A DNA stretch of 64,000 nucleotides from Microgenomates group bacterium (lineage in GTDB: Bacteria; Patescibacteriota; Microgenomatia; UBA12405), in NCBI GenBank assembly GCA_049303675.1, contig JBAQNJ010000001.1, positions 408,711-472,710 of the forward strand, given 5' to 3'. Both the position numbers and the translations under genes were made by a program. A model generated the notes under the pieces. It did not search any database and was not told the DNA's origin. It was given only the letters and a program-made list of their open reading frames with translations. Numbering within the stretch: position 1 is the stretch's first letter; each line of letters opens with the position of its first letter. Below are positions 1-9,586 of this stretch, in pieces.

Positions 1-450
1 GGGGCTTCACTCTCGGGTAAAACAACCCTTGTAAAATATTTGCGCTCTCTAAAAGTTGACTGTTCCGAAATCGACGAGGAGTTGACCCTCCAAAACGGTG
101 GTACCTATCCTACTGACATTAATCAGAAGCACCTCGAATTAATCCCCAAAATTATCAAGGATTTGTTATCCCAAAAACAGGCACTTTTTTTTACCAATAC
201 CGATTATTTTACCCTTGACGATCTCCGCCTCGCCCGTTCATCAGATTTCAAAATATATTTATTGGATATCAATTTGCCAGAATTAGTTAAACGAAACAAG
301 TATCGTATGGAACATGAAAAGTATGAGGATATGTCGCCATGGTTAGAGGATATGGTTGATTACCAAAATGATCTCAAAAAATCAGGTCTCGTCGACAAAA
401 TCATCGACGCCACCCTACCTGTTGAAGATCTTGCTAAAATCATTCTATGA
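1..450 (+). CDS. P-loop NTPase / nucleotide-kinase-like protein, 5' end lies outside the window
   Basis: Frame 1 from nt 1 reads GASLSGKTTLVKYL (Walker A, GxxxxGKT) in frame with track ORF 40..450. No start codon within the window. Confidence 0.5.
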   Translation, partial: GASLSGKTTLVKYLRSLKVDCSEIDEELTLQNGGTYPTDINQKHLELIPKIIKDLLSQKQALFFTNTDYFTLDDLRLARSSDFKIYLLDINLPELVKRNKYRMEHEKYEDMSPWLEDMVDYQNDLKKSGLVDKIIDATLPVEDLAKIIL

Positions 451-1190
451 TTACTGACTCCTATCAAAAAATATTCGAGGATAAAAAAAGAATTTTAGTT
501 GTTACCGCCCACCCCGATGACCTCGAGCTTTATTGTGGTGGATTAGTTTCTCGGCTGATTGCCGACGGCAAAATGGTCAGATCGGTCAAAGTCACTAGCG
601 GTGACATGGGCTCCCGACTAATCAAAGTCACCCCAGAGGAGCTTCGAACTATTCGTGAGCGAGAAGACTCCGCTGCCATGAAGACACTTGGAATTACATC
701 TAAAAACAACATTTTTTTACATGTTATTGATGGCCAAGTTGAAAACAGTCTGGAAAATATTGGCAAAATTGCCCAGCAAATTCGTCTTTTCCAGCCGGAC
801 CTGATTATCACTCACAACCCCATCGATCCCGTTATCCGTTTTGATGCGGATAATAGTTGGTTCAATCATCGAGATCATCGCGCCACCGGCCAGTTGACCC
901 TCGACGCCGCCTATCCTTACTCCCGCGATATATTATTTTATCCAGAGCATTTTAATGATCCACTCGCCCAGTCTTGGGCCTGTACCGAATTTTTGATCGT
1001 CGACTCCTACGCCGATCAAGACAGCATTTTTATTGATGTCACTGACCATGTTGCCAAACGGGTCGAAGCTCACGCTTGCCACTCATCACAGTATTCAGTT
1101 GAAGCCGCCCAAGAATCAGCCGATTTTTTTACCAAGCAGTGGGATAAAGATAAGAACTACGAAACCTTTCGCCATGTCATCGTTGATTAA
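447..1190 (+). CDS. PIG-L/LmbE family N-acetylglucosaminyl deacetylase
   Basis: VVTAHPDDLELYCGG motif typical of LmbE/PIG-L deacetylases; 247 aa. Confidence 0.7.
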   Translation: MITDSYQKIFEDKKRILVVTAHPDDLELYCGGLVSRLIADGKMVRSVKVTSGDMGSRLIKVTPEELRTIREREDSAAMKTLGITSKNNIFLHVIDGQVENSLENIGKIAQQIRLFQPDLIITHNPIDPVIRFDADNSWFNHRDHRATGQLTLDAAYPYSRDILFYPEHFNDPLAQSWACTEFLIVDSYADQDSIFIDVTDHVAKRVEAHACHSSQYSVEAAQESADFFTKQWDKDKNYETFRHVIVD

Positions 1191-1202
1191 CACATTTACT
1201 AA

Positions 1203-1231
1203 TTGACAACACGTACGTAATCACGTACCAT
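1203..1231 (+). promoter_or_regulatory. sigma70-like promoter (TTGACA-N17-TACCAT) with inverted repeat GTACGT-N4-ACGTAC in the spacer; likely TA operator
   Basis: TTGACA at 1203-1208, palindromic ACGTACGT / GTACGTAATCACGTAC in the spacer, 6 nt upstream of the antitoxin ATG at 1237. Confidence 0.4.
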
Positions 1232-1236
1232 ATATT

Positions 1237-1500
1237 ATGAACCTTCAATCATATACAGCCAGTGATGCACGGAAACAACTTTATACTCTAATTAAAACCG
1301 CTGCATCCGGCTTAGCTCCAATCGAAATTAATTTACTTCATACAGATCCGGTAATCATGATGTCCAAGGCCGACTACGAATCATGGTTAGAGACCCTCGA
1401 TATAATGTCCTCCCCAGAAGAAATTAAGGCCATTAGAGCAGGTAGAAAGAGTCGAAAATTGGTATCCCATGCCCAAATGAAAAAACAGTTTGGTATATAA
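1237..1500 (+). CDS. Phd/YefM family antitoxin
   Basis: N-terminus SDARKQLYTLI is typical of YefM/Phd. 87 aa. Overlaps the downstream toxin by 11 nt. Confidence 0.7.
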   Translation: MNLQSYTASDARKQLYTLIKTAASGLAPIEINLLHTDPVIMMSKADYESWLETLDIMSSPEEIKAIRAGRKSRKLVSHAQMKKQFGI

Positions 1501-1753
1501 TCTTCTTGTGGAAATAGTATTTGAAAATCAAGCTATCAAGCAGTTGAAAAAAATACCTAAGGCTGAAATAAGAAAGATTAACTCAAAAATAGAGAAACTA
1601 TCCCAAAATCCGCATATTGGCAAGCGACTTCAGGGAGAATTGATAACTCTATTTGCGCTTCGAGCTTGGCCCTACCGGATTTTATATGAGATTGAAAAGA
1701 ACAAAATAATCATTTGCTCCATTGGCCATCGGCAGGGAGTATACAAAAAATGA
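1490..1753 (+). CDS. RelE/ParE family toxin
   Basis: 87 aa with C-terminal ICSIGHRQGVYKK, matching the RelE/ParE HRKDIY-type motif. Translationally coupled to the upstream antitoxin. Confidence 0.7.
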   Translation: MVYNLLVEIVFENQAIKQLKKIPKAEIRKINSKIEKLSQNPHIGKRLQGELITLFALRAWPYRILYEIEKNKIIICSIGHRQGVYKK

Positions 1754-1758
1754 CAAAG

Positions 1759-1792
1759 TTATGAAACCTTCCGCCATGTCGTCGTTGATTAG
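1759..1792. repeat. Imperfect direct repeat of the PIG-L gene 3' end (copy of 1157-1190)
   Basis: 1161-1190 versus 1763-1792 are 27/30 identical. The second copy still encodes YETFRHVVVD-stop in the original frame. Confidence 0.8.
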
Positions 1793-2285
1793 TCGGCCAG
1801 CCAGTTTGTCAGACCTAGACATTATTTCGGAGATAGTTTTCTCCTGTGCCACTCGCCTTGCGGATCGCCACTATCCCGATTGGTCTAATTATTACACCAT
1901 CGATCGGTTAAAAGAAAAACTAGAAAAGCAAATTGTCTTTTTGTTTTATGAAGACAATCTCGCAATTGCGGTCGTTTTTTTATCAGACAATGATCTTTAT
2001 TATTATTCCAAAATTGATGTAGCCAAGTTCGCCAATCCGAAGGCTAAAGGGATCTATATCAGTACCCTCTCTGTTCGACCAGAGTGTCAGGGTAGGGGCA
2101 TCACCAGTCAGATAATAAGTTTTTGTGAAAAATATACTCTCCAAAATGACGGTAAATATTTACGCCTCGATTGCTTTGGAGAAGATGAATTATTGGTGAA
2201 TTTTTACAAGAAAAACGGATTTGTAGTTGTCGGCCCCATGTCTGAGGAACCCAAATATTTATTAATGGAAAAACCCCTCACCTAA
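1762..2285 (+). CDS. GNAT family N-acetyltransferase
   Basis: QGRGIT motif (GNAT acetyl-CoA binding Q/RxxGxG/A). Track ORF begins at 1722; the ATG at 1762 is more likely. Confidence 0.65.
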
Positions 2286-2315
2286 TTTTTCATCAATATA
2301 TTACAATAGGTAAAT

Positions 2316-3230
2316 ATGAAAATATATCTGGTTGGACCAGAAAAAGAATATCTTTACTCAGTAGAAGAACTTAATAAAGTCGGTAACGTTGTTTATGTAA
2401 ATAATTTATCGGAAATATTTTCCGATCCAGACGATAAAATATTGGGTATTGCTCCAGGTGTTATTGATTGGAAATTTCCACTAGAAGATCTTAAGAAGAT
2501 TCAGAATTTAAAAGGTATCTGTACCAAGTCATCTTGGGGTTTTTATATTGATATCGAATATTGTCGCCAAAATAATATTCACGTATGCAATGTCCCAGGT
2601 GCCAACTCTCGCTCTGTTGCTGAGTATGCATTTTGGATGATGCTGTCTCTTGCCAGAAAATTACCCCAGCAAATCAGGGATAGTTTCCAAATCCATGAAT
2701 CTGACAATTTACATGTTGAAATAAGCGACAAAAAAATCGGTATTATTGGACTTGGTAAAGTTGGTGGTCATCTTGCCAAAATGGCGCAGGGTTTTGGTAT
2801 GGAAGTATGGTATTCAGGGCGCAGTCCCAAGAAAAATTCCTACAAGTATTCCCCAGTCGAAGATCTATTAAAAAATTGTGATTTTATTTTTGATTGTCTC
2901 GAAAATTGTCCTGAGACTCAAAACTATTTAAATAAAGACAGACTTAGTTTGATGAAATCATCTGCCTATTTCATAAGTGTTATGGGCGGCGCTGGTTGGG
3001 GAGTTGAAGATGACGAATTTTTAGTTCAAATGGTTCAAAACAATAAACTGGCTGGTTTTTCGATCGAGAATGAGCACAAAGGCAACTTTCCTAAGAAATT
3101 CGATGGCAATATTTTTATTCCCCCTGCATATGCTTGGAAAACTGTTGAGGCTCAAGATAGAACCAACAAAATATTTACCGAGACTATCGTCGGTCTTGCT
3201 ACTGGTAAAGTTATTAATGTAATTAAATAA
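2316..3230 (+). CDS. D-isomer-specific 2-hydroxyacid dehydrogenase family, NAD-binding
   Basis: KKIGIIGLGKVGGHLAKMAQGFGMEV Rossmann GxGxxG motif; 304 aa. Confidence 0.65.
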   Translation: MKIYLVGPEKEYLYSVEELNKVGNVVYVNNLSEIFSDPDDKILGIAPGVIDWKFPLEDLKKIQNLKGICTKSSWGFYIDIEYCRQNNIHVCNVPGANSRSVAEYAFWMMLSLARKLPQQIRDSFQIHESDNLHVEISDKKIGIIGLGKVGGHLAKMAQGFGMEVWYSGRSPKKNSYKYSPVEDLLKNCDFIFDCLENCPETQNYLNKDRLSLMKSSAYFISVMGGAGWGVEDDEFLVQMVQNNKLAGFSIENEHKGNFPKKFDGNIFIPPAYAWKTVEAQDRTNKIFTETIVGLATGKVINVIK

Positions 3231-3232
3231 AT

Positions 3233-4213
3233 ATGAAAATAAAAGTCACCGAACTCACCCAGCTTACCTTATCAGCTCTCAAAAAGTATGGCTATTCAGA
3301 TAATGAATCAGCCATAATTTCTAGAGTTCTATTATTCGCCCAACTCAGGGGCAACAATCAAGGTGTCGTCAAACTAATTGGCAAAGGCATACCTCGTCGA
3401 CCGGAGGGGCAAGCACCAATCAATATCAAAGACACCCCTGTTTCTGCCCTAATTGATGGCAATGCCACTCACGCGATTATTGTCATGGATCAGTTGGCAA
3501 ATATCGCCATCGATAAAGCCAAAAAATCAGGAATAGGACTAGTTGGTAGCTTTAATACTTCGGAGTCAACTGGCATTTTAGCCTATTATGTCGACAAAAT
3601 TGCTCGTGCTGGATTCATTGGTCTGGCATTTTCCTCTGCCCCATTCCAAACTACTGCCCCTTTTGGTTCCACCGAGGCTCGTTTTTGCACCAATCCTTTG
3701 GCCTATGGTGTCCCCACCAATTCGGATCCCATTCTATTTGATATGACCACTTCTGCTATGGCCTATTATGGACTGATAGAAGCGAAAACGGCCGGTAAAG
3801 ATGTCCCAGAAAACATAGGTTTTAATTCAGAAGGACAGCCAACTACCAACCCAGCCGAAATCATGGGTGGAGCGTTGCGAACAATAGCTGGACACAAAGG
3901 ATCAGGTCTTGCACTTCTAGTTCAAGTTCTTTGCGGACCTCTTGTTGGTGCCGATTCGTTTAACAGCAATAGTCACAATGCCGGTAATTTTGTTATCGCC
4001 ATCGATCCAAGTTTATTTACACCGACTGATGAATTCAAAAACAGAGTTGCCGATGTCGCCACTAAAATAAAATCAGCTCGAAAAATCAATGGAGTCGATG
4101 ATATATTGTTGCCAGGTGAACGCGGTACTCAATTACAAAAACAAAATATAGATAATGATGAGCTCGAAATTGGTGACAATCTATTAGCTGAGTTACAAAA
4201 AGTAGCTCCATAG
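3233..4213 (+). CDS. Ldh_2 family malate/L-lactate/sulfolactate dehydrogenase
   Basis: Ldh_2 family (AllD/ComC-like) signature including GHKGSGLALLVQVL; 326 aa. Confidence 0.6.
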   Translation: MKIKVTELTQLTLSALKKYGYSDNESAIISRVLLFAQLRGNNQGVVKLIGKGIPRRPEGQAPINIKDTPVSALIDGNATHAIIVMDQLANIAIDKAKKSGIGLVGSFNTSESTGILAYYVDKIARAGFIGLAFSSAPFQTTAPFGSTEARFCTNPLAYGVPTNSDPILFDMTTSAMAYYGLIEAKTAGKDVPENIGFNSEGQPTTNPAEIMGGALRTIAGHKGSGLALLVQVLCGPLVGADSFNSNSHNAGNFVIAIDPSLFTPTDEFKNRVADVATKIKSARKINGVDDILLPGERGTQLQKQNIDNDELEIGDNLLAELQKVAP

Positions 4214-4216
4214 TTC

Positions 4217-4600
4217 ATGAATATCATTCCCCAAAAAAAATCAATTCATGTAGACAAACCGGATGGTACCTCAGTTAATTATTATTTATTTCCTGAATAC
4301 GAAGTTCATTACAATGTAGTTGCCCCCCAGACTACTCAGCAATGGCATCACCATTTGAAAATTACCGAATCAATCCTAATTCTGGATGGTCAAATAGAGG
4401 TTCATTGGGTCGACGTGCATCAGCAAAAACAGCACCAGTTGGTCAAAGCAGGTGATCTGGTTGAAGTTGGCAACACTCCTCATACGTTTGTAAACAGCAG
4501 TAATTCCCCAGTCAAATTTGTCGTCTTTAGGTTTGTCCCGAGTGGCTACAACCAGCAAGAAGTCATCAAAAACGACAAGTTTCTTGATAATATTGACTAA
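4217..4600 (+). CDS. cupin domain protein
   Basis: HHHLKITESILILDGQ...VKAGDLVEV cupin beta-barrel motifs; 127 aa. Confidence 0.5.
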   Translation: MNIIPQKKSIHVDKPDGTSVNYYLFPEYEVHYNVVAPQTTQQWHHHLKITESILILDGQIEVHWVDVHQQKQHQLVKAGDLVEVGNTPHTFVNSSNSPVKFVVFRFVPSGYNQQEVIKNDKFLDNID

Positions 4601-4602
4601 TC

Positions 4603-5406
4603 ATGTTCAAAAATTTATTGATTATTTTTCTCGCCAGTGTCTGGATATCTTTATTAGTCCAATTAGTTCCCCAGCCCCAAGTTTTGGGAGTGACGACTGT
4701 CAACACACCTCCCGCCTCTGGCTATCGTCGCCAATTAGTTAGGACTGACAGTGGCAATTTTTATGTACGCATTATTGCCGCCGATACCAGTAATACTCGC
4801 ATTATCATCGATACTGCTTCTGGCTCAAATTGCGGCAATGATTGTCCGGTTTTATCACTCAAAGATTATGTCAAACGCAATGGTGCCATCGCTGGTATCA
4901 ATGGCGGTTACTTTTGCCCCGCCTCCTATCCAGCCTGTAGCAGCAAAAAAAATAGTTTTGATTTATTGCTGATGAATTCTAAGAAAACTTATTTCAATTC
5001 TGATAACAATATCTATAGTAATAATCCGGCTGTAATTTTTGGAGGTGGATATGTTCGTTTTGTACGCTCTGCCTCAGAGTGGGGGAGAGATACTGGTATC
5101 GACGGTATGATTTCCAATTATCCTCTTTTAGTTTTCAATCGCCAAAATGTTTACGGTGGTTCTGGTGACACCAAGTTGACATCTCGAGGCTCACGGGGTT
5201 TTGTGGCCAACAATGGCAACCGTGTCTATATAGGTATTGTTGAAAGAGCTACGGTAGCGCAGGCAGCCCAAGTCTTGACTACTCTTGGTGTCGACAACGC
5301 TATGAATCTCGACAGTGGCGGATCTACCGCTCTTTGGGCCAATAATGCGTATCGTGCCGGCCCAGGTCGTGCCATCCCCAATGCCATATTATTCGTAGCC
5401 CGTTGA
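4603..5406 (+). CDS. secreted phosphodiester glycosidase-like protein (NAGPA/DUF2233-like)
   Basis: N-terminal signal/TM segment; INGGYF and NLDSGGSTALW motifs. Confidence 0.45.
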   Translation: MFKNLLIIFLASVWISLLVQLVPQPQVLGVTTVNTPPASGYRRQLVRTDSGNFYVRIIAADTSNTRIIIDTASGSNCGNDCPVLSLKDYVKRNGAIAGINGGYFCPASYPACSSKKNSFDLLLMNSKKTYFNSDNNIYSNNPAVIFGGGYVRFVRSASEWGRDTGIDGMISNYPLLVFNRQNVYGGSGDTKLTSRGSRGFVANNGNRVYIGIVERATVAQAAQVLTTLGVDNAMNLDSGGSTALWANNAYRAGPGRAIPNAILFVAR

Positions 5407-5454
5407 TACATATTTTGATATTTACTTTAACTCCAGTAAGTCTATAATTTTCCC

Positions 5455-5745
5455 ATGGTCAAGAAAAGTGATTATGTCACCAAAAAGGATCTAGTAGATC
5501 TAGAGGAAAGATTAGAAATAAAACTAGGCAAGCAATTAGAAGAAAAACTAGATGTAAAATTTGGTGAATATTTTGAGATAATGATCACTAGTGTCCAAAA
5601 AACAATTGATTCTGCTCTAGGTTTACACAAAAGTGAGGTCGAGAAAACCACCACTCAACTGGCTTATGAGGCAGGCGTTATGGAAGGTAAGCTCCAGTCA
5701 CTTGACTACAAAACAGAAGAAAATCCCATAGGATTGGTACTTTAG
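5455..5745 (+). CDS. hypothetical coiled-coil protein
   Basis: 96-aa ORF with charged heptad-like repeats. Confidence 0.3.
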   Translation: MVKKSDYVTKKDLVDLEERLEIKLGKQLEEKLDVKFGEYFEIMITSVQKTIDSALGLHKSEVEKTTTQLAYEAGVMEGKLQSLDYKTEENPIGLVL

Positions 5746-5783
5746 AGAAAAAAGTTTTTGGTTCCGTTGTGTAGCTGATATAA

Positions 5784-6599
5784 TTGGCTGTGTTTACCCA
5801 TCCTGATATAAAAAGTTTTGAGCCAACTCCATATGAATATCCCCGAGGATATTTTGATATCCAATATCAGTTTGCCCAAGAGGTTGTCAGAATAGGTATC
5901 ACTCCTGATATACCGACTGCAGTTGCCAAATATACCTCAATTCCCCGACGCCTTTTTGGTAAAGATTATGTATTGCCTAGCAATTGGCCGGACTTATGTC
6001 ACAGTTCAACTGTCATCTGGAATACATATACTAAGGAAAATGCTCACTTTTTTGTTTCTCCGGAACCAATAAATGATGGCTGTCATCACGGAAGTTTTAT
6101 CTACAAACCATACCCCGATACTGATCTGATAATTGATCGGCCGACAGGGCTACAAAAAATGGAGTTACATTTCAACAATCACCGTGGTCACGTTGGTGAG
6201 TATTCTAGATCCAACTTATCAACACTGACTACCAATCTCTCAGACTTATTTCAGTCAGTTGCCGATCGTAAAAAAGCTGATCCAAATTTTCGACCAGAAG
6301 TCGTTACGCTAGGTTCTTGGATGAACAACTTTACTGGAATCCAGCAGGCATTACCTTCCGAGTTTGTTGACAGTTCTGTAGTAGTTCGTCCACCAAATCT
6401 CTCATTCGCTGGTGACTCTTTGTGGGGACAATTTCTTACCAACAATGCTGGAATTAATAAGCAATATTATCAACATTTTTCCGAAAAAATTGCAACTGCC
6501 GCGGATATTAATGATTTAGTCGATGCCTTTCCTATGCCAGTACTTTTTTCTCGATCTATTATTAAGCCATTTTTTGATAAGTATCAAACTAAGTTATAA
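5784..6599 (+). CDS. hypothetical protein
   Basis: 271-aa ORF, no recognisable motif. Confidence 0.4.
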   Translation: MAVFTHPDIKSFEPTPYEYPRGYFDIQYQFAQEVVRIGITPDIPTAVAKYTSIPRRLFGKDYVLPSNWPDLCHSSTVIWNTYTKENAHFFVSPEPINDGCHHGSFIYKPYPDTDLIIDRPTGLQKMELHFNNHRGHVGEYSRSNLSTLTTNLSDLFQSVADRKKADPNFRPEVVTLGSWMNNFTGIQQALPSEFVDSSVVVRPPNLSFAGDSLWGQFLTNNAGINKQYYQHFSEKIATAADINDLVDAFPMPVLFSRSIIKPFFDKYQTKL

Positions 6600-6605
6600 T
6601 CAAGC

Positions 6606-7328
6606 ATGAAAGATAAAGTCGTAATTGTCACCGGTGCTAGTCAAGGTCTCGGTAAAGAATTATCTTTGCAATTAGTCGCACTTGGCGCCAAGGTAGCTCT
6701 AGTATCTCGTAACGAAAAATTATTAATAGAATTAAAAGAAAAAATTAATAGTAATGGGGGAGTCGCTGAATATTTTATCTGTGACGTTACTGACTTTAAT
6801 CAAGTAAATTCTACAGTAGAAAAAATATTAAAATCTTTTGGTAAAATCGATATTTTAATTAACAACGCCGGTCTCTGGTTACCCGATCAAGTTGCCGCCA
6901 CTGATCAATCTCGAATCGAAAAAATATTTAAAGTTAATTCTCTTGGTCCAATTTATTTTTCTCAAGCAGTAATGTCCCTGTTTGATTCTCAACAAACAGG
7001 CCATCTATTATTTATCAATTCTATCGGTGGATTAAATTATCCAATTATCAAAGATTGGCAAATATACTCTGCCACCAAATGGGCCATTACCGGATATGCC
7101 AAATCGTTAAGTTACAAATACGACAATACTCCAATCAAGGTCACTTCAATTTATCCTGGTCCATTTTCTAGTAACATTGACAAAAATGCTGGTGATGATT
7201 TTGGTGCCGATCGTAGTTTTGAAACACCAGTCGCTGATTTGGCCGAGCAAATAGTCCATGTTTTAAATACTCCGAAAAAACTAATGGTTGATACTCTAGA
7301 ATTAAAAAATACTAACTGGAATTCATAA
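6606..7328 (+). CDS. short-chain dehydrogenase/reductase (SDR)
   Basis: VTGASQGLGKEL (TGxxxGxG) and YSATKWA (YxxxK) motifs. Confidence 0.8.
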   Translation: MKDKVVIVTGASQGLGKELSLQLVALGAKVALVSRNEKLLIELKEKINSNGGVAEYFICDVTDFNQVNSTVEKILKSFGKIDILINNAGLWLPDQVAATDQSRIEKIFKVNSLGPIYFSQAVMSLFDSQQTGHLLFINSIGGLNYPIIKDWQIYSATKWAITGYAKSLSYKYDNTPIKVTSIYPGPFSSNIDKNAGDDFGADRSFETPVADLAEQIVHVLNTPKKLMVDTLELKNTNWNS

Positions 7329-7330
7329 GC

Positions 7331-8215
7331 ATGTACGATTTACTGGAAAAATTAGTTAAAATCTCTCCCCGATTTGGTGTCGACGAAATGAAGGCTGCCA
7401 AAATAATTACAGATGAATTGAGTAAATTAAATATTCCATTTACCGAAGAACCATTTGATTCTACTGTCCCTCGAGTTATCACTGCCGAGCTTTTTGCGGA
7501 TGGTGTTTCTATTCCCTGTCTTAGCAGTACCTTCAAAAGTGGCGCCATAAATAATCTCAATCAAATTCACTTTAGTCCCCACACTGATGATATTAGTGTC
7601 ATCTCCTTTTATGACGAACCATCAGTTTCAGTATCAAAATTGTCAATGTCGGCATTGACTGCTGCCAAAATAATCAGTGGTGAGGTCGTGATAGCTGAAG
7701 AAAAATTTACCACCGAAAATATTTTAGTTGGAAATACTGTTAATCCAAAAAACATTATTTTTGCCCACTTTGATTCCATAATTGGGTCAGGTGCTCTTGA
7801 TAACGCTGCTGGCGTTTCTCTAGTTTTTGAAATTATTAAAACAAACCCAGGGTTGTTACCAGATAATCTTTTCGTTTTTACTGGCAATGAAGAAATCTCC
7901 TATGATGGGGACGATTACGATAGTCACGGCTATCGAGTCTTTGAGAGTGTTCATCAGGATATCTTAAAATCAGCATCTCAAATTATTATTGTCGATGGTG
8001 TCGGTGTCAGTTCACCAATGTTGACTCAAGAGGGAATTGAGTTGGTTTTTCTACTAACCAATCTACCTATTTACCTATCAAAATGTTTTTGGCTCCAAAA
8101 CAATCAAAGATTGGTTCTCCAACACTACCATTCAACCAATGACACTATTGATAATATTAAAATAGAATATTTAAACGAAGCCAAAGAATTACTAATTAAT
8201 AAAATAACTTTATGA
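7331..8215 (+). CDS. M28-family metallopeptidase-like protein
   Basis: AHFDSIIGSGALDNAAGVSLVFEI fits the M28 HxDS...GAxDNxxGV zinc-ligand motif. Confidence 0.5.
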   Translation: MYDLLEKLVKISPRFGVDEMKAAKIITDELSKLNIPFTEEPFDSTVPRVITAELFADGVSIPCLSSTFKSGAINNLNQIHFSPHTDDISVISFYDEPSVSVSKLSMSALTAAKIISGEVVIAEEKFTTENILVGNTVNPKNIIFAHFDSIIGSGALDNAAGVSLVFEIIKTNPGLLPDNLFVFTGNEEISYDGDDYDSHGYRVFESVHQDILKSASQIIIVDGVGVSSPMLTQEGIELVFLLTNLPIYLSKCFWLQNNQRLVLQHYHSTNDTIDNIKIEYLNEAKELLINKITL

Positions 8216-9255
8216 ACTATCGCACCCTTGGTAAAACAGGATTAAAAATTTCCGAAGTTGGCTTTGGCACATGGCAGCTGGCCAATGACCCAAATTGTTG
8301 GATCGGATCAGACATTAATGAAAGTTTAAAATGTCTTTACAAATATGCCGAGGCCGGTGGTAATTTTATCGACACTGCTTGGATTTATGGTTACGACTCC
8401 ACATTTCCCGATCGTCACCCCTCTGAGCAATTAATTGCCAAATTTTTGGACGAATCGGGACACAGAAAAGACATGATTGTCGCCACCAAAATACCCGGTA
8501 AAAATATGAATTGGCCGGCTCTCTATGGTGTGGGTATAGATCAAGTTTTTCCTGATGATTGGATTATTTCTTGTGTCGAAGATTCGCTTCGAAGTCTCCG
8601 CACCGAGTCTCTCGATTTAGTTCAATTTCACGTCTGGCAAGATGAATTCGCCACTCATGACGAATGGAAGCAGACAATTACTAAATTAACTAGGGAGGGT
8701 AAAGTAAAGCATTGGGGAATATCAATTAACGACTATCAGCCCAGTAATTGTCTCCAGACTCTCGATACAGGCTTAATCGCCACCATCCAATTTATATTCA
8801 ATATTTTTCACCAAAAACCGACAGAAAAACTATTGACGTATGCCAAGGAACACAACATTGGTCTAATTGCTCGAGTACCCTTAGACGAGGGCGGTTTGAC
8901 TGGTAAGTATACTGCTGAGACTATTTTTGAGAACGGTGATTTTAGAAAAGAATATTTCACCCAAGACAGATTGGTTGAGCTAGTCCAACGCACTGATGAG
9001 CTCAAAAAATTATTAGGAGAAGAAGCCTCAACTCTATCCGAGCTGGCCCTTCGTTATATTTTATTTTTTGACGAAATGTCTGTGGTTATCCCTGGTATGC
9101 GTCGACTTTATCAAGTTGATTCCAATATCGCTGCTTCTGGCCACAAATTATCATTGGAATTAATGGAAAAACTAAAACAACATGCATGGAATCGCAATTT
9201 TATTCCTATCGGTCGCGATCCCGCCCTCGAATCTACTGGATATATGGAAGCCTAA
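8212..9255 (+). CDS. aldo/keto reductase
   Basis: YRTLGKTGLKISEVGFGTWQL N-terminal AKR signature; 347 aa. Confidence 0.85.
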   Translation: MNYRTLGKTGLKISEVGFGTWQLANDPNCWIGSDINESLKCLYKYAEAGGNFIDTAWIYGYDSTFPDRHPSEQLIAKFLDESGHRKDMIVATKIPGKNMNWPALYGVGIDQVFPDDWIISCVEDSLRSLRTESLDLVQFHVWQDEFATHDEWKQTITKLTREGKVKHWGISINDYQPSNCLQTLDTGLIATIQFIFNIFHQKPTEKLLTYAKEHNIGLIARVPLDEGGLTGKYTAETIFENGDFRKEYFTQDRLVELVQRTDELKKLLGEEASTLSELALRYILFFDEMSVVIPGMRRLYQVDSNIAASGHKLSLELMEKLKQHAWNRNFIPIGRDPALESTGYMEA

Positions 9256-9259
9256 AGTA

Positions 9260-9299
9260 TTGACAAAGTATATACCTATACTATACTATATATAGTATA
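9260..9299 (+). promoter_or_regulatory. Promoter TTGACA-N16-TATACT overlapping an 18-bp perfect palindrome (TATACTATATATAGTATA); likely TA operator
   Basis: -35 at 9260-9265, -10 at 9282-9287. The palindrome spans 9282-9299 and ends at the antitoxin ATG. Confidence 0.5.
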
Positions 9300-9586
9300 T
9301 GAACAACGCGGTTATTACCCTAAAAACAAACAACTCACTTAAATCTGAGGCCATGAAAATTGCCAATGAGCTTGGTTTTAGTCTTAGTTCTCTTATCAAC
9401 GCCTACCTCAAAGACTTAATTCGTACCAAATCAGTCAATTTTAGCGTTAGTGACGAAAGCCATCCCTCCACTTTTATGGTCGATAGTTTACTTGAATCTT
9501 CAAATAACAAAAAATTAGGCAAGGTCTCACCACCTTTTACCGATCCTAAAAAAGCAGTAGAATGGTTAAGAAGCGATAAAAGTTAG
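9299..9586 (+). CDS. DinJ/RelB family antitoxin
   Basis: N-terminal ribbon-helix-helix-like region; located immediately upstream of a YafQ-like toxin. Confidence 0.55.
   Translation: MNNAVITLKTNNSLKSEAMKIANELGFSLSSLINAYLKDLIRTKSVNFSVSDESHPSTFMVDSLLESSNNKKLGKVSPPFTDPKKAVEWLRSDKS

Noticed and set aside
530-811. 93-aa minus-strand ORF inside the PIG-L deacetylase gene
   Set aside because: Fully antisense to a well-supported CDS and has no motif. Typical shadow ORF.
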